From: Amoeboaphelidium protococcarum X5
Lineage: Eukaryota > Fungi > Aphelidiomycota
DNA length: 64,000 nt
Direction of reading: 5' to 3'
Assembly: GCA_023515725.1 (NCBI GenBank)
Contig: JALDTO010000146.1
Coordinates: 248,001-312,000, forward strand
Under the pieces are notes generated by a model. It was not told the DNA's origin, made no database searches, and saw nothing but the letters and a program-made list of their open reading frames with translations. Of this stretch, positions 1-14,356 are shown one piece after another. The stretch's first letter is position 1, and every line of letters begins with the position of its first letter. Both the position numbers and the translations under genes were made by a program.

Positions 1-2
1 GG

Positions 3-2222
3 TTTCTTAATAGCGGAGTTCAGGATGGTGGTAATGTTTATGATTTTGGTGCCAGTGATTTATGGTAGCGTAATTACACTGGACTCGGAGTACAAATCGC
101 CCTAATTGATGATGGCCTGGAGTTTAGTCATCCTGATATCGCGCCTGCTTACGACGCTATCGGAAGTTACGATTTTAACGCGCGATCTCCACTGAGGCCG
201 CCAAAGTCAATTTTGGATAACCATGGAACGAGATGTGCAGGATAGATTGTTGGTAGGCCTAACAACTCCGTCTGCGGAGTTGGATTATCCTATGGAGCAA
301 CCGTAGCCGGTATCAGATTGATTAGTGAAGATCCTACAGATTCTGCTGAGGGTGCAGCGCTAACTTATTAATATCAGAGAAATCACATTTATAGTAGTAG
401 TTGGGGACCGAGTGATGATGGGCGATCCATTGATGGACCAGGTAGATTGGGATAGTTGGCTTTTGAAGAAGGTGTCACCAATGGGCGAAGTGGCCGAGGC
501 TCGATATACGTGTTTGCTAGTGGTAATGGAGGCAACTAGAATGACATTTGCACGTATGATGGTTACGCAAACTCTATATATACTATCAGTGTCGGTGCGG
601 TGACTCGGCAAGGTAAGTGGCCATACTATGGTGAGCGATGTGCGGCAATGTTGATATCAGCATACAGTGGCGATGGCATCATCAATGTACCGACTGTGGA
701 CTTATCAGCGCTCTGTTAACAGCCACCATGCTGCACCAAGGATCATTTCGGAACATCTGCGGCTGCACCTTTCGTGTCGTCCCTTATAGCGATTATGCTG
801 CAGATGAGGCCAGAGTTGAGTTGGCGCGAGATATAGCACGCATTAATCAGGTCCACCATAAAGAATGATCCTACCGATCCGGATTGGGTGTATAATGGCG
901 CGGGCTACCATATTAATCACAAGTATGGGTTCGGTACTGTGCAGGGTGGATTACTTATAAACAGCACATTATCGCAGCCTCGACTTCCTAGTTAGTCCCT
1001 CATATCAAAATCTATGGCAGATGCACGACAGGGTCCTATCACAATTGCAGCGGGAGGAATAGTGAAAGTTGATATTTCTGTCTCATAGGAAGATTTAATG
1101 ATGGATAATAGTGGATATGGGAATATTTAGTCTATAGAGCATGTCTAACTATATATGGATATTGAGCATCCTCAGCGAGGTTAGCTATCTGTCGAATTGA
1201 TCAGTCCAAGTTAAACATCTTCGATACTGGCCATGCCTCGTCCAAATGATGATGATACCACTGGCATCCGCAAGTGGACATTTATGACTGTTCGCAATTG
1301 GGGAGAAAGCCCGCAAGGTATATGGATCATAATAATATAAGATCACCGACCGGGACATTCGGGAGATTATTAGGCGGGAAGACTTTTAGACTATAAGTTG
1401 ACTGTACGTGGAATAGCTTGCAAGTCGTCGGAATATAAGATAATAGATGCAGATGGACGCGTTGAATGCCCATGGGAAACCATACATAGAGTGCAGTCGT
1501 AGTATAATTAGCGCATCTTCATCGCTGGCATAACAATAGGCACCATTGTGTCATTAGCACTAGTCGGAGCATTGCTTTATACATTTATCATCAGACGCAG
1601 GCAGAGGAGAACTAATGGACCATAGAAAGGTAGGAATCCTAGTCTATTGTTGTAATTGCCTTCTCTAAAGTACCAGAGAATAGGAAATGCTAATCCGGAA
1701 TTCGAACTGACAGATATCATGTCGCCTGCAGATAGCGTCCCTCTGAATAGATCTCAACTACCACCTAAAACACCAGTGGTGGATATATCCCCTACAAAAC
1801 AGTTCCCCATAGTGGCTGCAGGACGTCCGCGTACTCCAACAATGACGCGCATCAGCTCGGTTAAATAGTTGCAGGTCAGCACTAATTTGGATCCATAATC
1901 ATTATAAAATTCCATGGTAAGTCCTGCTCCATTTAGTCTATCTCAAAAGTCTCAATCGTTGCCTCGACTGGCAATCTCAACTGCCAGCTTAGAATCTTCG
2001 TCATCCCAAAGAGAATAGTCTTAATCGCGGGTGGAGGAGCAGTTGGCAGATGTTAGTAGTCCAAAGTCACCAACGTCAAAGTAACGATTATTCAATAGCA
2101 GGAACTAGCCTTATCCACTTACACCCAGCTCTAAGAGAGTACGCTCTAACACTCTCCTAAGTAGATTATTTGGCAATGTTATTACACCTCCGCAGCCTCA
2201 GTCTAAACTGCAAGATTAATGA
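3..2222 (+). CDS. KEX2: Kexin/furin-like proprotein convertase (peptidase S8B), 5' end outside window
   Basis: With TAR=Gln, a single frame gives IDDG (Asp), HGTRCAG (His), ASGNGG (oxyanion Asn) and GTSAAAP (Ser). These are followed by a P-domain (EHVQL..HPQRGQL..WTFMTVRNWGE), a TM segment at ~1520-1590 and an S/P-rich tail. Ends at TGA 2220-2222. Confidence 0.9.
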
Positions 2223-2348
2223 TAATGATCGTGTTGAGTTAAAATCACGTCAACTTCGCGCCCTATTGATCGATGTAATTTTGTTGTTTTTCTACTATTA
2301 TCAGCAATTTAGATTACCAGCAAATCTTTTTTATTAGACTCAATATAA

Positions 2349-4364
2349 ATGCTTTTGCGACAGAGTAGAATATTTTAGTCGCAATATAGCGGTATTACTA
2401 CCAGGCGGTATAATTTAAACGGAAACCCTTTTAGAGTTGTGTAATGCCGCTTTGCCTCTAACGGAACGTAATCTCAATAACGCGATAAAGCTCTAGGTGA
2501 TGACGAATCTAATAATGATTTAAAAATAATTAAAAGTCTTGGAACTTATATCTGGCCAAAAGATGATAGATCAACCAAGGTGAGAGTGGTCGGATCTCTG
2601 TCGCTGCTGATCGCTGGTAAATTACTCAATGTGCAGGTGCCTATGCTATTCAAAGACATTATAGATCAACTAAATGTTCCCCTTCTGGAGACGTCCGGCT
2701 CATCTGTTTTGAATGCTGCGGGTGCTTTGCTTATTGGATATGGTGCTGCTAGATTAGGTGCCAGTCTGTTTTCAGAATTCCGTAATGTGGTGTTTGCCAA
2801 TGTGGCTCAATCTGCGATTAGAAAAGTATCACGTCAGGTATTTTATCATCTCCTGAATTTGGATCTCAGTTGGCATTTGTCCCGTTAGACTGGTGGCCTC
2901 AGTAGGGCGATTGATAGAGGAACTAAAGGTATCAGCTTCTTGCTGAGTAGTATTGTCTTCCATATCGCTCCCACCGCGTTGGAGATCACTATGGTGTCTA
3001 GTATACTCGCCTATCAGTACGGGTCTTCGTTTGCTGCACTGACAGTCGCCACCATGGCCGCATACACTGGATTCACGTTCGGTATCACTTCATGGCGTAC
3101 AAAATTCAGGCGGGATATGAACAAGGCCGACAATGCTGCAGCGAGTAAAGCTGTGGATACTTTGGTAAATTTCGAAGCTGTAAAGTATTTCAATAATGAA
3201 CAGTATGAAGTGGATCAGTATGACCGGTAGTTGCAAAAGTACGAACAAGCCTCACTGAAGACTGCCACTTCTCTCGCGCTACTCAACGTTGGTCAGAACG
3301 CGATATTTAGTGTCACTTTAACTGCAATGATGTGGATGGCCAGTCAGTAGTTGATTGAAGGCTCTCTGACTGTGGGAGATTTAGTGATGATCAACGGCTT
3401 AGTGTTCCAACTGAGCATGCCCTTGAACTTCCTGGGAACTGTATATAGGGAGCTGAAGTAGAGCTTGATTGATATGAACTCACTCTTCTCATTGTAGAAG
3501 CAGGTACCGTAAATTCACGACAAATCGGATGCTATCGCTATATCAGCGCAATAGTTGTTGTTATAAGGTGCTAAATCGGATACCGCTCTAATAGAATTTG
3601 ACAATGTTCACTTTAGTTATTCAAGTGATCGGCCCATGGTGCGAGGATTATCTTTCCAATTACATCAAGGCTAAAGTCTGGGAGTAGTTGGACGCAGTGG
3701 ATGTGGTAAAAGTACACTATTACGATTGCTATTTCGCTTTTATGATCCATCCTAGGGATATATTAGATTGAATGGACGGCCTTTACCTGATTACCAATTA
3801 CAGTCGCTGAGGAATCTAATGACTGTAGTACCTCAAGATACTGTTCTATTTAATGATACCATCTACCACAACATATCGTACGGGAAGTTGAACGCGACAT
3901 ATGATGAAGTGATAGAAGCTGCGCGTCAAGTGTAACTGGATGAAATTGTGGCCAAATTCCCTCAGTAGTACCAGACTTAGGTAGGCGAGCGGGGACTTAA
4001 ACTGAGTGGAGGTGAGAAGTAGCGCGTCGCTCTAGCCAGGTTTGTTCTCAAAGACGCTCCCATATGCCTCTTTGATGAACCAACTTCTTCGCTGGATGTC
4101 AGGACAGAGTAGTTGATCATGGAGAAGTTGACTGGCAATCTTCGCCGCTCCCAAGGCAAGTGTTCGATTCTGATCGCTCACCGCCTCAGCACCATCATGA
4201 ACTGCGATAAGATCATAGTGATGGGCACAGATGATCGACAAGGATAAATTACTGAGCAGGGCAGTCATCAACAGTTACTGTCCCAAAATGGTACATATGC
4301 TGACATGTGGCGGATGCAATAGCACGAATTTAGTGAAGTTCTCCCCAAAGCGACCAATAAATGA
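2349..4364 (+). CDS. ATM1: Mitochondrial ABC half-transporter ATM1/ABCB7
   Basis: Arg-rich presequence; HLSR(TAG=Q)[15 protein letters not shown]; Walker A GRSGCGKS; signature LSGGEK(TAG=Q)RVALAR; DEPTSSLD; IAHRLSTI; TGA stop. Confidence 0.93.
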
Positions 4365-4667
4365 TTCATTTCACTTCAACTTTGGTAGCTCTTGTGTTTA
4401 AGATTTTTCAATTTGGAGATTAATACCTGGATTTTATACTTGCAACTTTCTGATATAGTGAACAGGAGCGCGTTGTGTTCTTATACGAACTCTCTACGGT
4501 AGAAGTGAGCCACTCTCTCTTCATCATCAAAGACGAAAGCGTCGCGCTCTCTTTCTTTTTCCCTTCAACGTCCTGCCTTAAAACATCGTTCTTACTATCA
4601 CTTCACTTGTATCCACTCCTGAAATACGTTGCTGAATATTACTGTGTATTTAAGTATTGTTTGAAGA

Positions 4668-6380
4668 ATGTTTTGTGTCGGTGATAAAGATAGATTATAT
4701 TATCCATAATCTGATGGCCAAGTTGCATGTAAACAGTTGGATTTGACAGTGGATTATTGTGAATTCCATGCCCAATTAGAATCTGATGACTATAGAATTG
4801 TTAATTTCCCCTCTTGTACTGTTGTGTGGAATGATAAAGAACTTTTTATGCATTGGAATGTCAATATGGTCAATGCACATAAGTATAAACGGTTAAATGT
4901 CAGCGGAGTGGTTAATGTTGTTGAACGTGATGAACAGTTGTTTGCTCTATCCCAGGATGGAATTATTACTCTAATAAATTGCGATTCTGGTTAAGTAATA
5001 GGGGAATTGCGTATGGAGTAAAAGAATGTAATTAGCTGCTTGGACTATGACTTTATTCAGGGCTGTGGTATCTTTAATACCGTTCTAGTTGCATCTTGTG
5101 ATGGTTTGGTCTTTTGTGCTAATTCTGATGATAGGTCGGTAGAACGAGTTTGTATTATACCCGATGATATGGTTATGGACATTTCGACTTTTAATACCTT
5201 ATTAATATGTGATGAATCATTTGGTGATACGGTCATTGTACTGATAGGATAGTCTGATGGTAGACTTCACGTTGGCTTGTGGGATGCGGGTTCTATCAGC
5301 ATTATAATTATCACTAGTGTACATTTACCAGTGCAATCCCAGTATAAAATAGTCAGTGTTACATAAGATTTAATGTTCATTATTAGCACAGAAGGTCTAT
5401 ATCAGCTGCCTGTAGATGTATAGTCTTTAAAGTAGTGGCTTTAACGAATTCAATCCGACTCCAATCTTGATGTTGACTTTGATATTATCAAAGATATCTC
5501 GTATGTTATGGATTGCTCTATCAATAACGTAGAGGCATGTTAAATCATTAGAGATGATCTTGGATTATTTCATACGATCTATTAATCTGGCAATGAAGAT
5601 GGTAATTAGTGTTAGTTGATTTAGGCCCGACTTCCTTTACAGTCTTCTAGTAGTCAGAATTAGTCTGTGTAGTAGAAAATTACATCTAAACCGTAATAAT
5701 CAAGCTCATCATCTACAATTGATCATAAGCTGCTGGATTAATTGAAGCTTACATCTGCTGTGTAGACAAAGCTGAGACAAGATACTTAATTCCCGGATAA
5801 TGTCACAGTGTAAATTCATGATGAGTTTGTCAGTAGTAGCAATAAAGTTCTTGATGATATTGAACTGTTGTAGAGAAGTTGCTAGTACATGAGCGAGTAG
5901 TCTGATGATATGCGACATTTGGTAGAATAATCTGAAGGTAAATTGCTGTAATTGAAGACTTCGTCTATGAGTGGAATTGATAAGAGTGCAGTGTAGAGGT
6001 TTTAGTATCTTGTGGATAACTAGAAGCGCCTGAACAAGAGATCAGGTGTTATGTTGTCATTGTTGAAAGAGCTCTTCCCGTAAAATTACTTATCGCGTCA
6101 AGAGATGGAATGGATAAGGAGTGTGTATGCCCTCCAGCCTGTGATTAAGAATCTACAGAGACAGATGGATAGGATTTAATCTGCTATCAATGCTTCTTCC
6201 GACAATGTTAATAAAGATAACAAAAGACAGGCGGATAGCCATCGTAACACTAATAATCATGCGGGATTATCGTAGTCTGTGTCATTGCTGTTCCGTGAAG
6301 ATAATTCCATTGATTAGATGAAGACTACTGTTATGGAACTCTCGCGCAAGGTTCAGGCTTTATCTGTGATGAATAAATGA
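4668..6380 (+). CDS. Hypothetical protein, possibly Nup82/Nup88-like nucleoporin (beta-rich N-terminus plus C-terminal coiled coil)
   Basis: Open frame of ~570 codons under TAR=Gln, joining track ORFs 4737 and 5040. The N-terminal part is beta-strand-rich. The helical C-terminus contains LSRQEMEWIRSV, reminiscent of the Nup82/88 LSxxExxW motif. Confidence 0.45.
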
Positions 6381-6675
6381 AATTGAACAAGTCAATCTAT
6401 GAAATTGAGTCGTTCTTGTTTTTACTTTAAATACTAATACAGTTTATAGCAGCAAGTTTTACAATGCACACAGTTGCATTATTATGATTTACTTGAATGT
6501 TACAATGATTACAGTGTAACGATAGAAGGCTTTTCTCTCTTAATCTCTGACCGTCGCTCGTCTTTTCATTTTAAGCGCACGCGTTCTTTTTGTATTGGAA
6601 CTATTAAGAGTGTTTTCAAGGTTCTATAAATTTGTAAAGGTCATAGTTCTGATTATTATTAAAAGTGTAACTGAA

Positions 6676-8524
6676 ATGCAGCAAGCTTAGCCCGTTATTG
6701 TCATTAGTAAGTTCTAAATTCCTGCTTAAGTACTCATATCCTGACGCGCGATCTCAACATGTGTAGACTAGAATATTGAGCGCGAACACGGCCACAAAGC
6801 TCAACTATCTAATATTAGTGCTGCAAAGGTGAGTCTCATTCCGGACACTTTCAGTAGACTGATCTTTATATTATGAACGTTATGTAGGCAGTCGCTGATG
6901 TTATCCGTACTTCGCTGGGTCCACGCGCCATGTTGAAGATGCTGTTAGATCCAATGGGCGGCATCGTGTTGACCAATGATGGAAACGCCATCCTGAGGGA
7001 GATTGAAGTGCAACACCCAGCTGCCAAGTCCATGATTGAACTCAGCCGTACTCAGGATGAAGAAGTTGGAGATGGTACTACGTCAGTTATTATTCTTGGT
7101 AAGTTTAAATTCGCTAGTCATTGATGTTTTAACCATTGTATTCATCTTCTATCTATTCAATCCATGTAGCTGGTGAAGTGTTGGTCAGTGCTCTTCCTCA
7201 TTTGGAAAGGAAAATCCATCCTATTGTCATTATTGGTGCCTTCAACCGTGCGCTCTAAGACTTGCGCGCAGTGTTGGATGAAATCTCTATTCCTATCGAT
7301 GTCAAGAATCAAGATCAATTACTTCAGCTGGTGAAGACCACCATTGGTACAAAGTTTGTCAGTCGCTGGAGTGATTTGATGTGTAAACTAGCACTGGATG
7401 CTGTCAAGTGTGTCTCTGTCGATGTCACTGCCACGAAGAAGGAGATTGACATCAAGAGATATGCTCGTGTGGAGAAGGTGCCCGGCGGAGAGATTGAATA
7501 GTCATGCGTGCTGGATGGTGTAATGTTGAACAAGGATGTCACCCATCCAAAGATGCGCCGGTACATTGAGAATCCTCGCATCATCCTCCTTGATTGCCCG
7601 CTCGAGTACAAGAAGGGTGAGAGTTAGACTAATCTAGAGGTGAGTAAGGAGGAGCACTGGAACCGCATCCTGGAGATTGAAGAGGAGCAGATTAAGGAGA
7701 TGTGTGACAAGATTATCGCTCTTAAGCCTGATCTGGTGTTCACTGAGAAGGGTGTATCTGATCTGGCCCAACATTACCTGGTCAAGGCCAACATCACCGC
7801 GATCCGCCGTGTACGCAAGACTGACAATAATAGAATTGCGCGAGCTGTTGGTGCCACCATTGTTAACCGTGTGGATGACTTGAAAGAGTCCGATGTGGGT
7901 ACATAGTGCGGTCTCTTCAAGATTGAGAAGATTGGCGATGAGTACTTCACCTTCCTGGTCCAATGTAAGAATCCAAAAGCTTGTACCGTTCTGCTGCGTG
8001 GTGCTAGCAAAGACATTCTGAACGAAGTGGAGAGGAATCTGATGGATGCCATGTGTGTTGCGCGTAACATCTTCTTTAATCCTCGTCTGTGTCCAGGTGC
8101 AGGTGCGACTGAGATGGCTATTGCTACACGCTTGTCAGAGAAGGCCAAGTCCATGGTGGAAGGTGTTGAGCAGTGGCCATACCGTTCCGTTGCTGAGGCA
8201 TTTGAAGTGATTCCGCGCACATTGGTCCAGAATTGTGGTGGTAATAGCGTAAGAGTTCTGGCTGCACTGAGAGCTAAGCACATGGCTGGTGCACACACCT
8301 GGGGAATCAATGGCGAGTAGGGTGTCATTGCAGATATGAAGGAGTATGGTGTATGGGAGCCGTACTCTGTCAAGGTGTAGACTTTCAAGACTGCTATAGA
8401 GTCGGCTTGTATGCTGCTCCGTGTTGATGACATTGTATCTGGTATAAGTAAGAATAAGAAGGATCAATCCTCAGGTCAACCATCCGGTCCTGCAATGGAT
8501 GCAGATGATCTGGAAGGCCGTTGA
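6676..8524 (+). CDS. CCT3: T-complex protein 1 subunit gamma (CCT3), 3 introns (6707-6766, 6829-6887, 7099-7169)
   Basis: [47 protein letters not shown] and ERNLMDAM motifs. GT...TGTAG introns restore the frame. TGA stop at 8522-8524. Confidence 0.95.
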
Positions 8525-8639
8525 AGCTACTATTGATAACTGCGTAAACTCTGTGACTAATGATAGTAAGTTTTATATAACACACGCATCTTTCGATTGA
8601 ATCATACATACTACAGCACTTACTTGCTTGAATATCTGA

Positions 8640-9630
8640 TCATCCAGTCCATTGAACATGAAAATCATCAATGGTGGAGTAGAGGTGACCATCTTGAACC
8701 ATAGTCTCAATTTCACGAGTAACATCCACACCATGCACATTTTGCCGAGTGAGTAGAGCAGCAATCTGATTAATGTGGACACCTTTATCACCAGCTGACG
8801 TTTAACCACGAACAATTTCAATAATCTTGCGCTGAGTAGGAGTCAATCCGTCATTAAAACTGCCACCACTTCCTTGATTATTATTATTATTATTATTGCT
8901 ATAAGTAGAATTCTAGTTCACAGATTATTATTATTAAGGAGCGGAATAAGGATTTCCAGCAGCACCAGCATTGTTAAACTGCAATGGCTACTAACCTCCA
9001 ATACCACCCATAGGTTGACCGCGAGTTATCTTTAGATGAGTTGCTATAGCCTCAAGATAATGACAGGTGATCTAGTTATGATCGACTATAGGCTAAATCT
9101 TCAAAGCATTCACAAGACGTTTACCATTAACAACGCGCACACTGCCCATCACATAAACGTACGTGTTCTCAGGCAAAATCTCTCTCACACCTAGCAATGC
9201 TTCATTGGCCTTGTTGTCGTACAGACGAACTTCAGCCGAACCAGTTCCATCCTCAATGGTGTACTAAATGCTAGCAGTGGCTTCCTGTGCCTTTCTCACA
9301 CAGCCGACCAGCGACACTACGCTCAGCTCACGACCGTCCAATTCCAGCGAAGATTCTGGATTAGCACTGTACGCCGTGTTCATAATTTACAGAATAGTGA
9401 CCGGTCTCAGTGACTGCTGTGCCCTTTTCTGCCCAGCATTAGCCTACACTGAAGGAGAGTCATAGTTGTTGCCTTGACTCAAAAATCCGCCGTTCCCTCC
9501 CTGGTAGTTGTTACCGGGAGAGGCAAACTGATTCATATTATTATTACCAAAAGCTACAAAATACTAAAGATAAATATCAAGAGTAAACTTCTAAATAATT
9601 TTATATTATATACTTACGTCCAGTAGTCAT
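8640..9630 (-). CDS. RPA2: Replication protein A 32 kDa subunit, intron 9554-9617
   Basis: Gly/Asn-rich N-terminus, QSLRPVTI, OB fold (YTIEDGTG..EVR) and C-terminal winged helix GHLYSTIDDFH. TGA stop. Confidence 0.88.
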
Positions 9631-9919
9631 TTTTATACCTAACTAATATAATAACTGCTTCAAACACCAGCTGAGGAGTCTAACCAAGAAATAGTTCAAC
9701 TTTACAAAACGCGCGCGCGTTGAAACTGGAAAAAGAGAAGAGGCCCTTTATGGCACCGCTCGGATGATGAATTTTCGCTGAAACGGTCGAGACTGAATGA
9801 ATAAGGCTCGAGTATCATCTACCAAGATCCGCGTTGAACCACAAGAATGAATTTAAAAAAAAATAATAATGCAAAAGAGTGTCGTCTTCATGTTTTATCT
9901 ATAGATCAAACAATCTGAT

Positions 9920-10547
9920 TCACATTCTGTATCCAACGGCCCAGCGAAGATGGGCAAATGCGCGGTTATTCAAAGCCTCCCGGTGCATTTCCACCTTGCG
10001 TTGCAGCAGTGGACTCTTTCCCTCCAGAATCGCCAATATCTCTGAGCATATCCTCTCCTCAAGTGGAATAAATGGTCGTTTCTTTTTACTCAGTGACTTT
10101 TTTAGCCATCTACACTAGATAATAAATAAAGGGCATTGGCCTTTTGTAAATTATGCTGATTATCGAAGATGTCATTTAATTAAAGACTTACCGGAACGCG
10201 TAAGACTGACTACGATACTCAGTTACGGGAAGAGGTACCCGAACCAATTTAGCACCGCGTTTGTAAGATCCACATTCCACCACGGGGGAGAGCATCTCAA
10301 TAGCTTTCTCAAACAATTTCACAGGATCATTATTAGTCTTGCTGCGTAATAATTAGAGAGAGTCAGCGACGCTCCTCTCCACCAGTGATCTCTTATCACC
10401 AGTCTTTGTCAGTGTGGCCGCGAATCTACTGACCAGCGTGTGTGGATGAGACGCGTGTCTATGCACCATTGAAGGCACTTTATGAATGATAGAGCCCGAT
10501 TCTTACTAGGCACTCAACAATCTTTTACTGATCCAGAATATCATCAT
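9920..10547 (-). CDS. Mitochondrial ribosomal protein uS7m, intron 10110-10191
   Basis: TKTGDKRSLVE, DPVKLFEKAIEMLSPVVE, KRGAKLVRVPLPVT and HREALNNRAFAHLRW match uS7. N-terminal presequence-like extension. Confidence 0.85.
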
Positions 10548-10712
10548 GTCTTTGTAATAATTATGCTATAAAGTCTTTTGACAATAGCAAAAAGATGGCG
10601 CAAAGATGTGGAAAAACTTATAAGATAATAAATTGTGATTAAAAAATTTAAAACTAAACGATTTTTATCAAAAGAGAATATAAAGAGATGATTTCATGTA
10701 TTATTGGAGAAA

Positions 10713-11045
10713 TCACTTCTTGATCTTTTGTGCCTTGAGTACCTTCTTCACAATCTTCTGTTCCTCAATCAAGAATGCACGTAGAATTCTCTACTTCACA
10801 CAGTCTGCACATCTAGAACCGCCATATGCACGAGTAACATTCTTCTGACGCTTGGAGATCTAGCTGTACTCTCTAGGGCGAAGTGCTGGAATACCGGACA
10901 GTTTGCATCCACAATCTCCACACTTAACACCGCTTGATCTCTTCTTCACATACTGCACAGTCAGAGTGCCACCAGGAGTCTTCAGCTGGCGAATTTTATT
11001 AGACTCAGTGTTATAAGACAATCTACGTTTATATGTGACGCGCAT
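10713..11045 (-). CDS. RPL34: 60S ribosomal protein L34 (eL34)
   Basis: MRVTYKRRLSYNT..KTPGG..CGDC..RPREYS continues through TAG to RAYGGSRCADCVK..RAFLIEEQKIVK. 110 aa, TGA stop. Confidence 0.96.
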
Positions 11046-11359
11046 ATTTATATTTTTTGAATTTATTCTTATTCTTATATTATACTAACTAAGAAATTAC
11101 TGTCTAATCACTGGCGATTCCGAGAGCGATTTGACTGTGCAAAGAATTGTTCAACTTTTGATTAAGGTTAGGTTGAAGAGACTGCGAGTCGCTGTGAGGA
11201 AACGACACACCGCGGAAGAGCGAGAACGATTACAAAATAGGAGAAAAACACGCTTACAACTACAGTAAAGAACTACAGCACATAGAACCTAAAGATAGAT
11301 AGTTGGACATAATTTTTCAGTAAGAGATATAGTGTATTTTAGAGACACTTTGATACAAT

Positions 11360-12136
11360 TCACTTTTTGGCAGGTTCATCCTTTTTATCTGAAGCATTGC
11401 TTGCAGCAGGGATCTACGGTTTCCCTAGTCCAGTCTGCTCCCACGGCGACTGATAATCAAAGTAACGGAACGCCTGAGCCAGTTCAAGCTTCTCAGTGAT
11501 GACGCGCTTCTTCTCTTCATCCCATCTGACTTCAGTGTATCCAGTCAGGGGAAAGTCTTTGCGCAGCGGGTATCCTTCAAAGCCGTAATCAGTCAGTATT
11601 CTTCTCAAATCCGGATGGCCTTCGAAGAAGATGCCGTACATGTCATACACCTCTCTCTCGTGCCAATTGTTACCAGGATATACTTCACACGAGCTGGGGA
11701 TCACGAGCGTGGAGTTCTCATCAGTATAAGTCTTCACCCGCAGGCGAGAATTATACTTGTGAGACAGCAGATTATACACCACCTCAAATCTGTACTTGCG
11801 TCCGGGATAATCAACTCCGGCGACATCGACGCATTACTTGAATTAGCAGGCATGATGCAGCTTCAAGAACTTTAACAGCGGAAGTAAAGATTGAGGATGA
11901 GTGTACAGACACAGCTCGTTCTTATATAGCGATACCTGCTGAATATGTGCCGGGACCATGGACATCAAATACTAACCATATTTATTCAAATCTCCATGCG
12001 AGTGATTAAAATGTGATTCAACTCTTGCATACTAAGCATTGTTATCAGTTGCAGCAGTGGCGAAGAATCTACGGTAAGATGGAGCAACCAGGCGGGCTTG
12101 TCTTTACAAATTACCGCTCCTCAATGATGCAAGCAT
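11360..12136 (-). CDS. NDUFS3: NADH:ubiquinone oxidoreductase 30 kDa subunit (NuoC homologue), nuclear-encoded
   Basis: Presequence; DVAGVDYP; [42 protein letters not shown]. 259 codons ending in TGA. Confidence 0.94.
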
Positions 12137-12262
12137 TTCAATGTCTCTTTAGTATTATTATCGCTATTAAGATAACAGAGAAGGAACAATAATAATATCA
12201 ACGTCTCCTTTACAATTATTAATGACGTTAACGCTCAAAGAAAAGAATGACCAAAATAAAAC

Positions 12263-12283
12263 GAGAGAGAGAGAGAGAGAGAG
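12263..12283. repeat. (GA)n microsatellite in divergent promoter
   Basis: gagagagagagagagagagag between NDUFS3 and the next gene. Confidence 0.85.
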
Positions 12284-12359
12284 CAAAGGTTTTCCATTCC
12301 CAAAATCACATTTGCCACTCGTTGATTAAATTTACTGTCATCTCTATAGTATAGATAAA

Positions 12360-13109
12360 ATGTCTTTTACGCAATAAAGTAAGCGATTACTGTCTAGTAC
12401 TCCAATGGCGAGGATGCCACGTCTGTATGAAAAGATTATGACGCCTCCCACTCTGCTTAATAGATTAACACCGGCAACCGTTGAGAGGATGGAGAACGCG
12501 TCTGCGAGTAAGCCATAGTCGCGTACTAGGAGTCTGCTGACTGAATAGAGAAGATAAGCCCGATTGCGGAAGAGATATGGCTAATTCTATGATAGATTTG
12601 TGGCTGCTGGATATCCTGACCGCGTAAGATAGTAGTAACACGTTGCTTTTGAACACGCTCAATACCATTAGACGTTCCCCGTTAATCTTACTCAGACCGA
12701 TGGATCTACAGTGACATATCAGTCGTGTCTAAAGATTGGAATTAAAGCGGGAACTCCGATTATCAAATAGACTGATATAATGGGTAAGATTGAGGCTGTT
12801 AAAGACACTATTAGCCATCCGCTGTGGAATGACGTTGTCGGTGGTAAAGATGATATGGTGGATGCAGCGAATGAGTCTTTTGCGCGCTTTAGATCTAAAT
12901 ATGAATCAGCTGCAGGTGTCGCTGATCTTACGGCTGATGATAGTGAGTAGTTGGAAGTTACTTAGGATGATGGTAAGAAGGCCAAGAGAGAGAGCGTTCA
13001 AGATGTATTGGCATCTCTGTCTGTAGATGAGAGTCTGAATTCACTTTTCGAGGTTCAATAGAAGAAAATTACCACCAGCTCCCAGCAGAAAGGCAAGCGT
13101 AGAAAGTGA
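12360..13109 (+). CDS. Mitochondrial ribosomal protein bL31m (yeast MRPL36-like)
   Basis: Basic presequence, then FPVNLTQTDGSTV..KDTISHPLWN, resembling the fungal bL31m DGST/HPLWN motifs. 250 codons ending in TGA. Confidence 0.65.
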
Positions 13110-13219
13110 AATTTATAAATGATTTGAAAGCGATAATACCATTAGATGGAATACTTTAATCTTATTACTGTACGATCTCACTAGGAATCAGAAAGTTTAA
13201 CTTATCATATTAGAATCAC

Positions 13220-14356
13220 TCAAACGAACTGAGCCAAGTTAACAACAAATGCAATGTTCAACTGGGTAAAGGATACCATGTGATCAAAATCCAACTTCTC
13301 AATAGTGTCTCTAGGACTATGGATGACAGGATTGATTTCTCTGAACAGGCCTTCAAATGGAGCAGCACTAGCATAACCAGCCTTTGTCCAAGACGCGTGA
13401 TCGGAACAGCCATATCCACACTTGGTATCCAGCGGCTTCTCATCAGTGTACTTGGTAATCCAATCCTTCAACTTCAGAGTCAACTGCGGGTTAGTGAAAT
13501 CATTCAGCACACCAATATGGCGATTACCAGAGCGACGAGTCTGTGGATCAACATATCCAGTCATGTCATTCTAGATCATTGCGATAACTTTACGACCCTC
13601 CTGAGCATAAGCCTTAGCCACATCCTGGCTGCCCAGCAGACCCAGCTCTTCAGCGGCATACCAGTGGAACTCGACATCATGCAGGGGCTGAAAGTCATCA
13701 TTCAGAGACAAAACAGTGAACGCCTCCAGAGTAGAAGTAGTGCCAGATCCATCATCATCAGCGCCAGGAGCTTTACCAGCACGGTTGAACTGATTAATGG
13801 AATCCTGGTGTGCACCGATAATCACACTCTCATCCGACTCCCAAAACCCGTGAATCTTGGCGATAATACTGAACTGGGCAAACTTGTGAGTGAACTTTGA
13901 GACGGTGATGTTCAAATGACTCTCTGCTGCAATTTCATTAACGTAATCAAACAGAAACTGGGCAGACTTGACACCATCACCGCCAGTATATCGATTATGG
14001 AAAGATGAGAATTTCTCCAGGAAGGATCTCATACGCGTCTGGTTAATATCCCTATTGAAGTACTGGTCCATGAACTGACGCGTTGGCTCACTATCCTCCG
14101 CCTTGAAGGTAATAGGAGCGTGCACTACCAAATTACCAACAGCAGCAAGATCCTGATTATCAGTGATATCCATAAAACCGATATTATTCTAGATCAGGGT
14201 GTCGATCTCTTGCTCAGTCATCCATTGCTGTTCAGTGGGGCTCAACTCAATGAGACGAAAGTCATTCTACTGCAGAGCAATCTACTACTGTCCAGGGATA
14301 GCGATGGCATTAATCGCGCAGATAGAGGACGCCCAGAGCGCAATCAGATTATTCAT
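13220..14356 (-). CDS. Secreted leucine aminopeptidase, peptidase M28
   Basis: Signal peptide; GFMDITD; GAHQDS; APGADDDGSG; YAAEELGLLGS; (TAG=Q)NDMTGY; CGYGCSDHASW; IHSPRD. Alternative start at 14365. Confidence 0.92.

Noticed and set aside
7774-8433. 219-aa minus-strand ORF and similar antisense ORFs (13280-13900, 19303-19725, 28811-29278)
   Set aside because: Antisense shadows of well-supported genes.
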